Source of the DNA: Tubulanus polymorphus
Lineage: Eukaryota > Animalia > Nemertea
DNA length: 64,000 nt
Assembly (NCBI RefSeq): GCF_964204645.1
Contig: NC_134026.1
Span: 16,216,150-16,280,149, forward strand
Direction: 5' to 3'
Below, in pieces: positions 52,201 to 63,694 of the stretch. Position numbers and translations under genes: made by a program. Every line of letters begins with the position of its first letter. The stretch's first letter is position 1. Below the pieces are notes generated by a model, which worked only from the letters and a program-made list of their open reading frames with translations, did no database searches and was not told where the DNA came from.

Positions 52201-54179
52201 TTATATTAATCAAAATAAAAGCTCTAAAATGTGAGACTGAAAAGATGGCTTATTTCTCACTTTTGCCAGTCACCAGAATCTTTTGTTATTACCTTTTGAA
52301 GAAAAATCATACGTTCAAAATCATAATTCTTTTTAATTCGTCGAAAAAAAAATTGCCTATACAATGCAATTTTTATTATAATGACCACCCAAACACTAAA
52401 GCTGCTTTTTGTTGTTCAACATCAAGTTATACCACTGATGCGAACTACAATGCACAATGGGATACATCGTTGGCTCTAAGCATTGTTTATCGTCGAGAGA
52501 GTAGCACTACCTAATAAAAGTGGATTCAGTGATGCTAAAACCGATCAAATGCATGACTTGAAGCCTGTAAGTCTGAAAACGATTGTCATCAACGATAGAT
52601 AGAACTCTGTTGAGGTTTTGAAATGCCATCATACCCCTGCGTCTTGACTTAATTCATTTCTTTCGAATGATTGACCTTGATAATAACTAAGACAACGATT
52701 AGCATATCGGATGGCAAACAATCTTGCGGTAATTTCGAGTCATTTACTTCCATCAATCTTTAAAGATAACGTAATCTTAACTATGGCCGTATCTCTTGAC
52801 CGCATCTTGTAAACAGATATGACAACTCTTTCTGTAGGTAGACCGTATAGGAATGATAAATGATGACTGTTAGAGTTGGTTGGATCATCGTGAAAATAAC
52901 GACGCTATTAAATAATGAAAGTTAGCATCGTTTAGTATTGTTATGGTAGTTATATAGTGACTATGCCGCAATTGACTCTCGGCCATAGATCATTCTAATG
53001 GTGTATACTTGTCATTCGACGCAAAAGCGCAAAAGTAATTTACGTTTGTCGTAATTTGTCGGAACATAGTCGCCCTTTAGTATTCATAAAGACAGCTATT
53101 ACTGGCCTTCGAATGGCTGCATGCATTGATCGCAAGCTTCCGCAGGATGCCGAAGATGGATCCCTTACACGGAATAGATTACCACTTTATTTCGATTTTA
53201 TTGTAATACCACATAATCCAACTAATCTGATAATGTGGTCCAAGACTTAACACTTTGGTGAAGGAGAACATTGAAATAACGTATCTTCAAAGAACAACGG
53301 TTTTCTGCCTAGCAACATCATCGATATGGAAACTATAAATGGAAAATATAGCTGCAAAGCAGCGATAAAGGGTTTTCTGACAGCTGCCTCACGAGTATTC
53401 GAAATGAAAGGAATTATGGAACCTTTCTTGGTTGGGTTGAAAGATTGCCATATCCCCGTAGAGTTTACTGTCATCCACATAGTCTTGAGGAACCCCACTT
53501 AATACATCAGATAGGGCGAACATGGCCTTGCTTACTAGTTATCATCTTCCATTCAGAAAATTCGATCATCCAATTTAGAATTTTACCTTTCATGCCCATG
53601 CTGCGTATTTCCTTCGTCGGTGAGGCACCCCGTCAAACGCCCGTTCAAAGTCTAGATTAATCGAGCACACCTTTCATGTTCGGTCCAGTGTTTCAGTCCA
53701 TTTCTCTAAAACACATAGATAGGTTAGTTTGAAAATTGGGGACAGAAACTAATTGTACTGGGGATATAAAGGATTGTATATTTAAGTGCTCTTTTGTACA
53801 GATAATTACGTGTCCGGGGATAATTCATAGTCGGAGATTCGAAACTGAAATATTTTTTAGAAATAGTTATAGATCAACGATCACTAAGGAAGTTGAATGT
53901 GGGATGAGGTAAAAGCATTATGCATTTATCATCTTATCCGTGTTATCAAAGCATTTCTAAGTGCTTGATTTTTTACGACACAACGCAACACGAAAGGAAT
54001 AGGGAATTTAGAAAAACAATAATCGAATAATCGACTTCGATATCATGACAATTGAATAATTACTAGAAGAGCTTTTACGTAAGACAAATGAATGCCGACA
54101 AAAATGGCGTTTGTTCGGTGGACTTGAATTTGCGGCTATTCTATTGATGTACTTTTAGCGAAAAACGTGAGGAAAAGGA

Positions 54180-54267
54180 AATGATAATAATGATGATACA
54201 GATAATTATGATGATAATAATAATGATAAAGATTATGATGATAATAATGATAGTAATGATAATAACA
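54180..54267 (+). repeat. (ATA/ATG)n degenerate trinucleotide repeat
   Basis: Visible directly in the sequence. Confidence 0.85.
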
Positions 54268-56769
54268 ATCCAGAAAAAAAGAATATAGGGGTTTTAGGTA
54301 CGTAAGAGCAGCAGAGGTCCCTAAATACACGTAGCGTAAATCACCTTCGGCAATGGGGTGAATATTCTCAGCAATTTAACTTGGTTCTAAAGCTATTTTC
54401 ACGTGGAAACGAATTTTAATTAGATTGGTCCACAACACCTTGGAATATAGTATCTTCAGCTCTTCGGATGTGCACTGAAACTCGTTAATTGGAATCATAA
54501 TGAATAGCCACACGGAACGCCGCAGTCAGTTGCCGTCCTTAATAAGCAATCCGCCATTGCAAATTAGCGCATGCAGGTGTTCTATGGGGTTGCTGATTAC
54601 ACCTTAGGATTTGCACTGTTTTGCACGGAAAGTAATCGGCAGCAAATTATCTTCTCTACAAGTGGCATCGGTTTCAAATAAAAAAGAAATAAATGTACAA
54701 TTCCAAGCCTCTGTATGTCAACCACCTGTATTGACATGCAGGTCTAAAAATGCCAACTTTTAAGCCCGTAGCGTTGGTGACGTACAGGTAGGTTCTTTAA
54801 TGTGGTTGTAACTCCAAGGAGTCCTACCCCGCTAAAAGTGGGTTCGCCCGAACCCCTGGCTCGATTTATATATTTTCTATCATTTTCAAACATGTGAAAC
54901 TAGTATAAATTGTAAAATTATTCGCAATTCATTCACAGATCTGATTATTGAATTTGAATTTCACCGATTTGATTATCGAATTTTCCATGCTAAAGATACT
55001 TAATTATAATTTTGGAAAGCTGGGACGCGAATGATTCATTTGCTGTATGTCCTTAAATGGAATCTTCATAGACAAAACTAGGTTATGGTCATATTTGATA
55101 ATAAGGAGAGTTCCAGTAAAACACAAACGAAGATCCATTTTTACAATTGGGTAATAATTCCGTGAAACGTTACATGCTTCCTTTTGAATGATTAACCATT
55201 GCTTATCGGCAAATAGCTTATATTATGATGACAAGTTTTCCACACAAGAGACGTTGCCGGAAGTTAAACTTGTGAGTAATCTGATCTACTTTTGATTTAT
55301 TCGTCAATCTGCTTCGGGATCGTGTTGAGGAATGCATCAAACATCCGTTGAATACTACCTTCCGGCATCCGCAAGTCAGATTCATTGAATTGCCTGTAGG
55401 CGAATAAGACGATTAACTTTACTTTGTTGATAGGGTTTTTCGAAGAGATCAATAGCTTGTGTTTGAACAAAGACATTTCACCTAAAGTAGTGTGTCAAGG
55501 GTGTATGCCTATGATGCGTATCATACAGACAAGATTTTCGAAATCTCCAGTTAATCTGTAGGGCTTACTTTATTATAATCAGTAATCAGTCACCACATCA
55601 ACCGAGAGATGAAAAAGCATATAATCTTTTTTCGAAAAGTATGGAAATTTATGGAGTAATACCATATCATTTACCACTTATGCCACGCACTAAAACGTTG
55701 GTACGTATTGGTATATACAAAGACTTATAGAGTGGTGTTGTATACGAATTTGACCGTGCATGAGCATGGGTGACTAATCCCTTCAATAACTGTATTAACT
55801 CAATTAGTTTTGGCGTGTGGTTGTAGCGTGGGTGTAAGGGTTTGGTCACTCGTTTATTGCGATCAAATATCAGATACACAGGTCCAAGGGTCCACGGGTC
55901 TAAGATATATAAGGTTAAATAGGTACACAAGCACTGGTGGATCCACGAGTCCAAGGGTCCACAGACTTATCGCCGGACGACAAATTATCGTTACTTATAA
56001 TTATTTATCGTGTTCAATCCTGCAATACGATGATTAAAGTGAATTCGATTTGAATTACTAATTACCGCTTAAAAACGCCTAAATGCACTCTAATTGTAGC
56101 AATACATTCTAATTGAATTTATCCGTCTATTTTTCGTTAACTTGCTTTCATTCGAACGTCTAAAAAAGCGATTTTGATTCCCGAGACACTTCTGAAACAT
56201 AATCTTGAAACTACATTTCAGGATTGAAGGTACGAAAGTGCAATAGCACACACCATGATTGACAATGAGGAATTGCGATTGACGAAAAGTATATAAAAGC
56301 ATAGTTCTTCAGAAGTTTGCAAGTTGCGATTTTATTTTCTACAAGAGACACGCGCATGCGCAGTAATGAATAATATACAATCGTAAACAAACCACGAAAG
56401 CGAGAGATATAGTCTGCGCATGGGCTGGTCATAGATGATCGCGAAGCTAGAAAACTACCGCTATTATACTCAATTTCAATCCAATTTCAATTTCAATTTA
56501 TTTTCAGAGAAAAGCGTTACATTTTAACAGGTTAAACAATTCAAAAAAGAGAGAAAAAAATATATAAATTTAACAGTGTGCTTTTCCATGTGGGCCTTGC
56601 AAAGCCTTGCAGGCCGCTAGCGCAGGCACCCAATGAAAGAGAGAAAAAAAGAAATGAGAGAGAAGACAGGAGAGAAAGATGAAAAAAGCTGAGCTCGTAC
56701 TAGAGAAGTTACAAGAAAAGTAGATTGGTGTAGGAAATGCATGTATAATGATAATAATGAATAATGAAC

Positions 56770-57650
56770 GTTAAGTTGATGTATTGGCGAATTTGGAGCA
56801 ATTGTAACAGTTTGGGTTGCCGCAGATTATGTTTGTATTGTATTTGAGATATGATTTTAGATGGTGTTTAAGTGTATGTTTGTTCATGAGCAGTGCTTGT
56901 GTTGGTAAGGGACGGTTTTGCGAGATTGACAGAATTTTTGAGAACGATTTAGTGCTTGTACTTGGTAATTGGTAGACGATATGTGTGATCATGTTGAATG
57001 TTTTTGTAGGTGTCCATAGTGGGAGGAAGGTTTTCAATGGTAAAAATGTTGTTGAAATAATGTGGTGATGATAGTAGAGGATGTTGTGGTGGATAAATAG
57101 GGTGGCTTTTTGTATGACGATGTCGTTTATTTTGAGATTGTTTAACCTTTTGAAAAGAGGATCAGAGTGGGCAGTATAATTTGATTTGGTTATGATTCTG
57201 ACAATTTTCTTCTGAACGAGTAGGAATTTGTTGTTGTGTTGTGAGTGCCCCCATGCTAGTAAACCGTTAAGGTTAAGTGCGGATATATGAGAGTATTGTA
57301 GAGTGTAACAAGGTTTTGATAGTTAAGTATGTTCTTCGTTTTTTTTTATTATTCCAGTGATGCGAGAGATTTTTTTTGTGCATTTTTTGTGTGGTTTCCA
57401 ATTGAGATTCTCATGTTTCGTCAGACCTAGGAAGTCTGTTTGCTTTACTCTTTCTATAATGGTTTTGCCTAATTTGATGTAAAAAATGTGGTGCAAGTAC
57501 GGGTTTCTTTGGTAATTGTGAAATATAATGTACCAATGTTTCTGTGTGTTAATCTGTTGGCTAGAAGCCAGTCATTTGATTTTGCGAGATCATTATTTAC
57601 ATTTTGTGCTAGTGTGTTGAGGTTCTTATGAGATGGAATGCAATTTACGA
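56770..57650 (-). pseudogene. Decayed LINE 3' region
   Basis: Motifs NDWLLANRL, DFLG, AWG, QKKIVRIIT, HSDPLFK. An aataaattgaaattgaaa-type tail is at ~56485-56503. Confidence 0.75.
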
Positions 57651-59946
57651 TGAGATGCAATGAGATACTGTCCGTACAGTGTCACCCCTAGCGTCATTTA
57701 GCCGACGTCACACTTTACATTTTATTAAAGTACAGACAAATAGACGAAACGCTGACTTTTGAAGGGAATTGTTGCCCGTAAATGAGCATCAACCGGGACT
57801 CTTTCGTGAGGTTAATGAACCTTTGTCACAATATAGACACCTCAGAGCAAAATTTCTAGCAATCAACTTCGCTGGCGCCATCAATCCGATTGGCTACAGT
57901 CACACTCGAAACAAATAGGGACTCAAAACAGTGACGTTATCTAATGACGGCTTATCCCTTCAGTTGGTATATGATTGTACTTTTGAGATAAGCATTATTA
58001 AGGCCTTGTGGACATGTTCAGAAGTATCTGTTCAAAGATTCTTAACCAGGAAATAACTAGCAAAGTTAAATCCGATACGCCCTATTCAACATTGAATGGT
58101 AATGCATACATCTGTACTATCGGGGTAGCATTTGGAAAGATCAGTACTGCTCAACGAACATGCGTGCAACAAAATATGCAGGTACTACGTCCTTTATTCA
58201 GATTTATAAGCCAGCCGATCACAGGAGATTCTTGGCCCCACCAAAATCATTGGACCGGGCCTTAGCCAAAGCTAGGCACGGATCAAATGCAAAGCGCGTA
58301 AATCGCGACAGTTCCAGAAGTGGCTTTATCACTTCGCATTGTCACGGGAGGGGAAGATTTATGTTCGTAGTAGGCCGATCGTAGGTCTTGGGCTACTGAA
58401 AGGACTGTATTGAATCAATCAATATTGATTGGCAGGGTGGCAGACAGCCACGTAGGTTTAGGTTCACCGGGGCTAAATAATGAATACATATACCGTAACA
58501 CCAGGGAGGGCTAGGGCTGAATTTGATAGATGAATCTCATGAACGAAAGAAATATGAAATATATGATACATAGTCAAGAGTATTACAAAAGGGTTTTAGG
58601 CGAAGTGCGAACCCTATTAACTATTTAATTGTCAACGTAACGACTTCGGAAATATCGCACATCAGGACTAATACGACAAATGTAATGTCCATATGGTGTC
58701 GCCATCTGCTGCTATTTAGCAGCTGTTTCATGGTTTAACGTTACGCTCAGTTTTTTTTACTTCGTCATTTTATCACAGTACCGCCAAAAACTCGAAACAC
58801 CCTACACACGGAAGACACGCGTGGTAAAAAAAGCTAAACCGCAAACGACAAGGGAAAGCCAAAGCCAAACCGGTGTTTTCCGTCTGTATGCAGTGCAGCG
58901 TGGTGAATATGCATAGAACGACAAACGGCCCCAGTAAAAAAATGACGTGGAAAGATACAGGCAAAATAGTGTATTGCAATCTTCGGTACACAACGGATAT
59001 ACAGTACCGTGTTGTTTGAAAGTTCAACTCTATCAATCAGAGGCCACAAATCTCCATTGATGAACTTATTTCGATCGGTAATTCCTTCTATACATGGTAT
59101 AAATAATTGTCGCAACGATGAAATCCCGCTATGCGGGCGCATGCAAAATCGACATAGAAGCATTACATCCATATCGATCGCGGCAAGTTATTTGAGTCAT
59201 TCTCATGAAAAAGGATTCTTTGCTCTCCTTGTCTAAAATACATTATTCAGCTTATCTCATGTTATTGGATCCATTCCTAAAATGAGTGACGGTTTGTCGC
59301 CTAGCCCAACGCGTACGGGAAACAGTATAATAGTAAGAATGATTATAATCTGTAAATTTGTATAGGGTCTGTTCCATTTACAAGATGTTCACCAGCGCTC
59401 TTAGCGTTTAAGCGAAAACTGCATCTAAAGTTCACAGAAAAGCAGATGTTCAAACTGTGTTTAAATGTGTACCGATCATAGAATTTCCGAATCGCTGAAT
59501 CCAAAGAGTTTGATATGTTGTGAGTAATAGGGAATATGGGGGTTCAGATCAAAGGTCGAAAGGTCGAACTCATAAAAAATAAAAAACGCTCGAATTAATT
59601 TTTTACTCACTCGCCCCTTCAACCTTTAACCTGAACCCCCATATTCCCTATTACTTCTAATATTTCCATATGTTAAAAGTGTGAGTAAAGTGTTAGCGTA
59701 ATAATCTAGATAAATAAGATCAAATATAGATTTCGAATAATAAAAAATCAATTTTAAACATAAAAAGTGTGAGTAAAGTGCAAACATGAAAAGTGTGAGA
59801 AAAAGTAACGAGTACATAACGAGTTGTTAGAATTAAAATCAATTTCAAACATAAAAAGTGTGAGTAAAGTGTGATTGAAATAATTTATATTTTAAACATT
59901 GAATATTTATATTTGAATGAGTTTTAATAAAAGTTTTGTAATAAAA

Positions 59947-60569
59947 ATGAAGACAGAAGAAGAAGAACCCAAATTCAAAATCGAAATCAATGACACCAAT
60001 AAATTATTTTGATTATCTGATATTAAAAATTATATTTCAGCAACAAATCTAGTGTATGCAAGACAAAATAAAATCGATAATATTACTATAATTAATCAAA
60101 TATTATCAAATGAAAAATATTTAATTACTGAACTAATTGATACTTTTGATAATGGAATCAAAAATCCTAAAGTATTCAATACAGTTTTAAATTATAAAGG
60201 GAATTTAGTTTTAATTTAGGAACTCCTTTTAATGAAAGAGATTGTGATTTAATACTTTCTAAAGATTACAATGATTTGATTAACTTAAGAATTGAAAAAA
60301 GACAATTATATTATTTAAATTTTGATAATAAACAAATTATCTATAATGAAAATTCATCAAATATTGGAATTCAATGTGAATCAGTTAATAATAATTCATC
60401 AAATATTGGAATTCAATGTAATTTAGATGATGAATTTAAAAAATTCAATCCTAATGAAAAAGTGTATTGTTATTGCGAAGGTAAATATTTAAAATCACAT
60501 AAATCAAAGCATTATCAGACAATTAAACATATCAAATATGAAAAGAATGATAATTCTATATTGAAATAG
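59947..60569 (+). pseudogene. Disrupted long ORF of element B with C-terminal C2H2-like zinc finger
   Basis: MKTEEEEPKF...IKNYISATNLV...EKYLITEL...VFNTV (with stops), then the 60276-60569 frame CYCEGKYLKSHKSKHYQTIKH. Confidence 0.6.
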
Positions 60570-60638
60570 AATTAAGCTGTATGAGTAACTCAAAAAAAGA
60601 TATTTCAAATCACTTTTAATTTTTTTTTCTTAAAATAA

Positions 60639-60845
60639 ATGGAAGGTTTCATTCCAACCGGAAGTAGTGATTTGAAACATTATCTTGTAGCTGGAGGTTT
60701 AATTTTGGCATCGCTTTTCTTTTACTATGAAAATATTAGTAAAGATCTAATGAATAAAAATATGAAATTGTGTAAGAAATTAAAGAAATTGAATGGGAAT
60801 AATTATAGAAATAATCATAAAAAAGTTAAAATTGAATCAGATTAG
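60639..60845 (+). CDS. Small single-pass membrane protein with basic tail (element B)
   Basis: Hydrophobic YLVAGGLILASLFFYY segment; homolog at 22195-22329 (-). Confidence 0.72.
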   Translation: MEGFIPTGSSDLKHYLVAGGLILASLFFYYENISKDLMNKNMKLCKKLKKLNGNNYRNNHKKVKIESD

Positions 60846-61556
60846 TGAATTAATCGAATAATTAAATGAGTAAAAATATATTAAATTTATTACATCTTAT
60901 TTACAGAAATCAAGAGCAACTGAAATTAATAATTATGGTTTCAGGTTTATTTTCATTCTCGGTTTACTCATTAAAACAGTTATTAGAATTCTATGATAAC
61001 TGTAATTATTTTTCATTTGATAATATTTGATTAGCTTGCATACACTAAATTTGTTGATGAATTATAATTTTTGATATTAAATAATGAAAATAATTTATTG
61101 GTTTCATTGATTTTGATTTTGAATTTGGATTCTTCTTTTTCTGTCTTCATTTTTATAACAAAACTTTTATCAAAACTCATTCAAATATAGATATTCAATG
61201 TTTAAAATATAAATTATTTCAATCACACTTTACTCACACTTTTTATGTTTGAAATTGATTTTAATTCTAACAACTCGTTAATTACTCGTTATTTTTTCTC
61301 ACACTTTTTATGTTTGCTTTTTACTCACACTTAACTCGCACTTTTTATGTTTAAAATTGATTTTTTATTATTCGAAATCTATATTTGATCTTATTTATCT
61401 AGATTATTACGCTAACACTTTACTCACACTTTTAATATATGGAAATATTAGAAGTAATAGGGAATACGGGGGTTCAGGTTAAAGGTTGAAGGGGCGAATG
61501 AGTAAAAAATTAAAAATAAATTCGAGCGTGTGTGGCAATAGATTGGAAGTTACATC

Positions 61557-62039
61557 TTGGTGAAAGGTTATTATAATTCTAAACATAGTTCTATAAATAT
61601 GAAACCAATACAAGCTAGAAAAGAAGGTAATTCAGAAATAGTTAGGAATAATTTATATGGAGCATTTGTTACACATGATTTTGGAGAACCTAAATTTAAG
61701 ATAGGACAACACGTTAGAATATCTAAATATAGAAAAACATTTTATAAAGGTTATACCCCTAATTTTACTGAAGAAATATTCAAGATTAAAAAGATAATAT
61801 TAACTAAACCTTTTGTTTATAAACTAGAAGATCTTAAAGATGAAGAAAAATTAGGTTATTTCTATGAACAAGAATTATCACTTGTACCAAATCCAGATGA
61901 AATAGAATACAAAATAGAAAAAGTATTGAAAACAAAAACTCTTAAAGGAAAAAAGTATTCGTTGGTGAAATATAAAGGATATGATGATAAATTTAATGAA
62001 TGGATTTTATCTAGTAAAATTAAAAGAATAAATGAATAA
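61557..62039 (+). CDS. Polinton/Maverick retroviral-type integrase, C-terminal half with chromodomain (DDE core missing)
   Basis: Motifs HSSINMKP, FKIGQHVRIS, FYKGYTPNFTEEIF and GYFYEQEL; chromodomain YKIEKVL...LVKYKGYDDKFNEWI. Confidence 0.9.
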   Translation: MVKGYYNSKHSSINMKPIQARKEGNSEIVRNNLYGAFVTHDFGEPKFKIGQHVRISKYRKTFYKGYTPNFTEEIFKIKKIILTKPFVYKLEDLKDEEKLGYFYEQELSLVPNPDEIEYKIEKVLKTKTLKGKKYSLVKYKGYDDKFNEWILSSKIKRINE

Positions 62040-62627
62040 AGATTTATTTATATTTGAACCGCATAATATGTTAGTTACTGGGGTAACAAACTGTGGTAAA
62101 ACACATTTCATATTAGACTTGTTAGAAACTATTTATAAGAATCATTTTGATAATATAGTAGCATTTTGTCCTACATATGAAATGAATAAAACATATAATA
62201 GAGATATAGTTAAGATAAAAAAGTTTATTATATTAGATCCTAAAACAGTAAAAGAAAATTTAGATAATTGTATAAAAATAGCAATTGATACTTATAAAGG
62301 ATCAAATACACTATTCATTATAGATGATTGTGCAAATTTACATGATTCAAGTTATGTTATTTAGCTTTTTCTGGGAGACATTTTGGGATAACAACATGGG
62401 TTTTAAATCAAAAATATAATTCAATTGTTAAAGACTTTAGGGAGAATATAAGATTTCTAGTTTTATTCTACAATAAAGATAGAAAATCTATGCAACAATC
62501 ATTGGAAGAAAATCAAATTATACCTACTGAATTACATGATGAATATATGAATAAATTAAAGAATAATAAAGGTTCAAAATTATTACTGAGGCTTCAATTT
62601 CCCTATGAATATAAATTTATAAAATAA
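62032..62627 (+). pseudogene. A32/FtsK-like DNA packaging ATPase, frameshifted near 62350
   Basis: Walker A GVTNCGKT and Walker B LFIIDD. The shifted frame reads LAFSGRHFGITTWVLNQKY through to TAA at 62625-62627. Confidence 0.9.
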
Positions 62628-62635
62628 CTATTTAT

Positions 62636-62752
62636 ATACCTATGTATTAGATACCCTATTAGATACCCTAATACCTGATGCCCTATTAAATACCCTAATA
62701 CCTACCTATGTATTAGATACCCTATTAGATACCTTAAATCCTTAAAACCCCC
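62636..62752 (+). repeat. Short iterated gataccctatta units between convergent Polinton genes
   Basis: acctatgtattagataccctattagatacc is duplicated, with additional partial units. Confidence 0.75.
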
Positions 62753-62804
62753 TTTTTTATTTACTATTATTTTATACAATTTTCAACCAATATTATTATT
62801 TGTG

Positions 62805-63662
62805 TTAAATATAATTAATATCTGAATCACTTTCATCATCACTCTCTAATTCATAATCAGGCGCTAACAATTTGTTCAAACTCTCTACCGAATCTTCATA
62901 AATAATTGGTTTATTTTTATTCTTATTCTTCCTCCTTTCTAGCATATCATCAATAGTTACTACTTTATCTTTCGTAAAAAATGTATCCACATTATCTTTA
63001 ATATCAATATGCTTATCTGTAACTATATTTTCATTATCATCTTTCTTAGTGTTTGCTGCTAATATTTCATTTACAATGTTTGATCCTAATATTTTATAAT
63101 CATTTGTTAAATCTAATTCCTCTTTATTAGGTGTTGCTAATAATAAATCTTCATATAATTCTTTACCATTTACTTTTTTATTTGAAACAAACTTTGTTAC
63201 ATATCTAAATGGCTGTTCTATAAATTCTCTTAAACCAACCCGTTCTATAACATTAGTAATATGTACCTTTGTATTCATATGTTTATTCCAATTTGATGGA
63301 TCGTTTGAAAATTCACCTTTACAATAATCACAATAATTTCTATTTTCACTAATATTTAATATTATTTCATTATTTGATGTAGAAGGTATTACATTATTAG
63401 ATGTAGAAGGTATTACATTATTAGATGTAGAAGGTATTACATTATTAGATGTAGAAGGTATTACATTATTATCAATTACATTACTTAAATTATCAACAAC
63501 ACCACTTTTATTATTATCGATTTCTATTAGTTTAGTTTTATAAATTTTGAAAATAGGATCAAATATCAAAGCTATATTACAAGGTATTACATAATATAAA
63601 CCATCATTATTTTCATGTGTATTGATGTATGGAATATGTTTATATACTTTACCTCCTTCCAT
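62805..63662 (-). CDS. Polinton orphan protein with (NNVIPSTS)x4 repeat, C2H2 zinc finger and acidic tail
   Basis: Intact 285-aa ORF containing YCDYCKGEF...WNKHMNTKVH and a 24-bp tandem repeat at ~63370-63470. Confidence 0.75.
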   Translation of the reverse strand: MEGGKVYKHIPYINTHENNDGLYYVIPCNIALIFDPIFKIYKTKLIEIDNNKSGVVDNLSNVIDNNVIPSTSNNVIPSTSNNVIPSTSNNVIPSTSNNEIILNISENRNYCDYCKGEFSNDPSNWNKHMNTKVHITNVIERVGLREFIEQPFRYVTKFVSNKKVNGKELYEDLLLATPNKEELDLTNDYKILGSNIVNEILAANTKKDDNENIVTDKHIDIKDNVDTFFTKDKVVTIDDMLERRKNKNKNKPIIYEDSVESLNKLLAPDYELESDDESDSDINYI

Positions 63663-63694
63663 TTATTATATAAATTTTTATTAAAGCTAAAATT

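Larger units (their letters stand above)
59523..61533. mobile_element. Element B: second ~2-kb hairpin-ended inverted-repeat element, fused to the Polinton segment
   Basis: Starts AGTAATAGGG with a hairpin at 59523-59655. Arms ~59586-60119 and ~61007-61529 are inverted. It is homologous to element A in the opposite orientation. Confidence 0.85.

Noticed and set aside
53500-53680. Fragment with faint rRNA-like words (ccccgtcaa)
   Set aside because: No extended match to conserved rRNA sequence that I can recognise.
58730-59240. Overlapping hydrophobic ORFs in a CpG-rich patch
   Set aside because: No recognisable domain or consistent splice structure; may be regulatory or UTR sequence.
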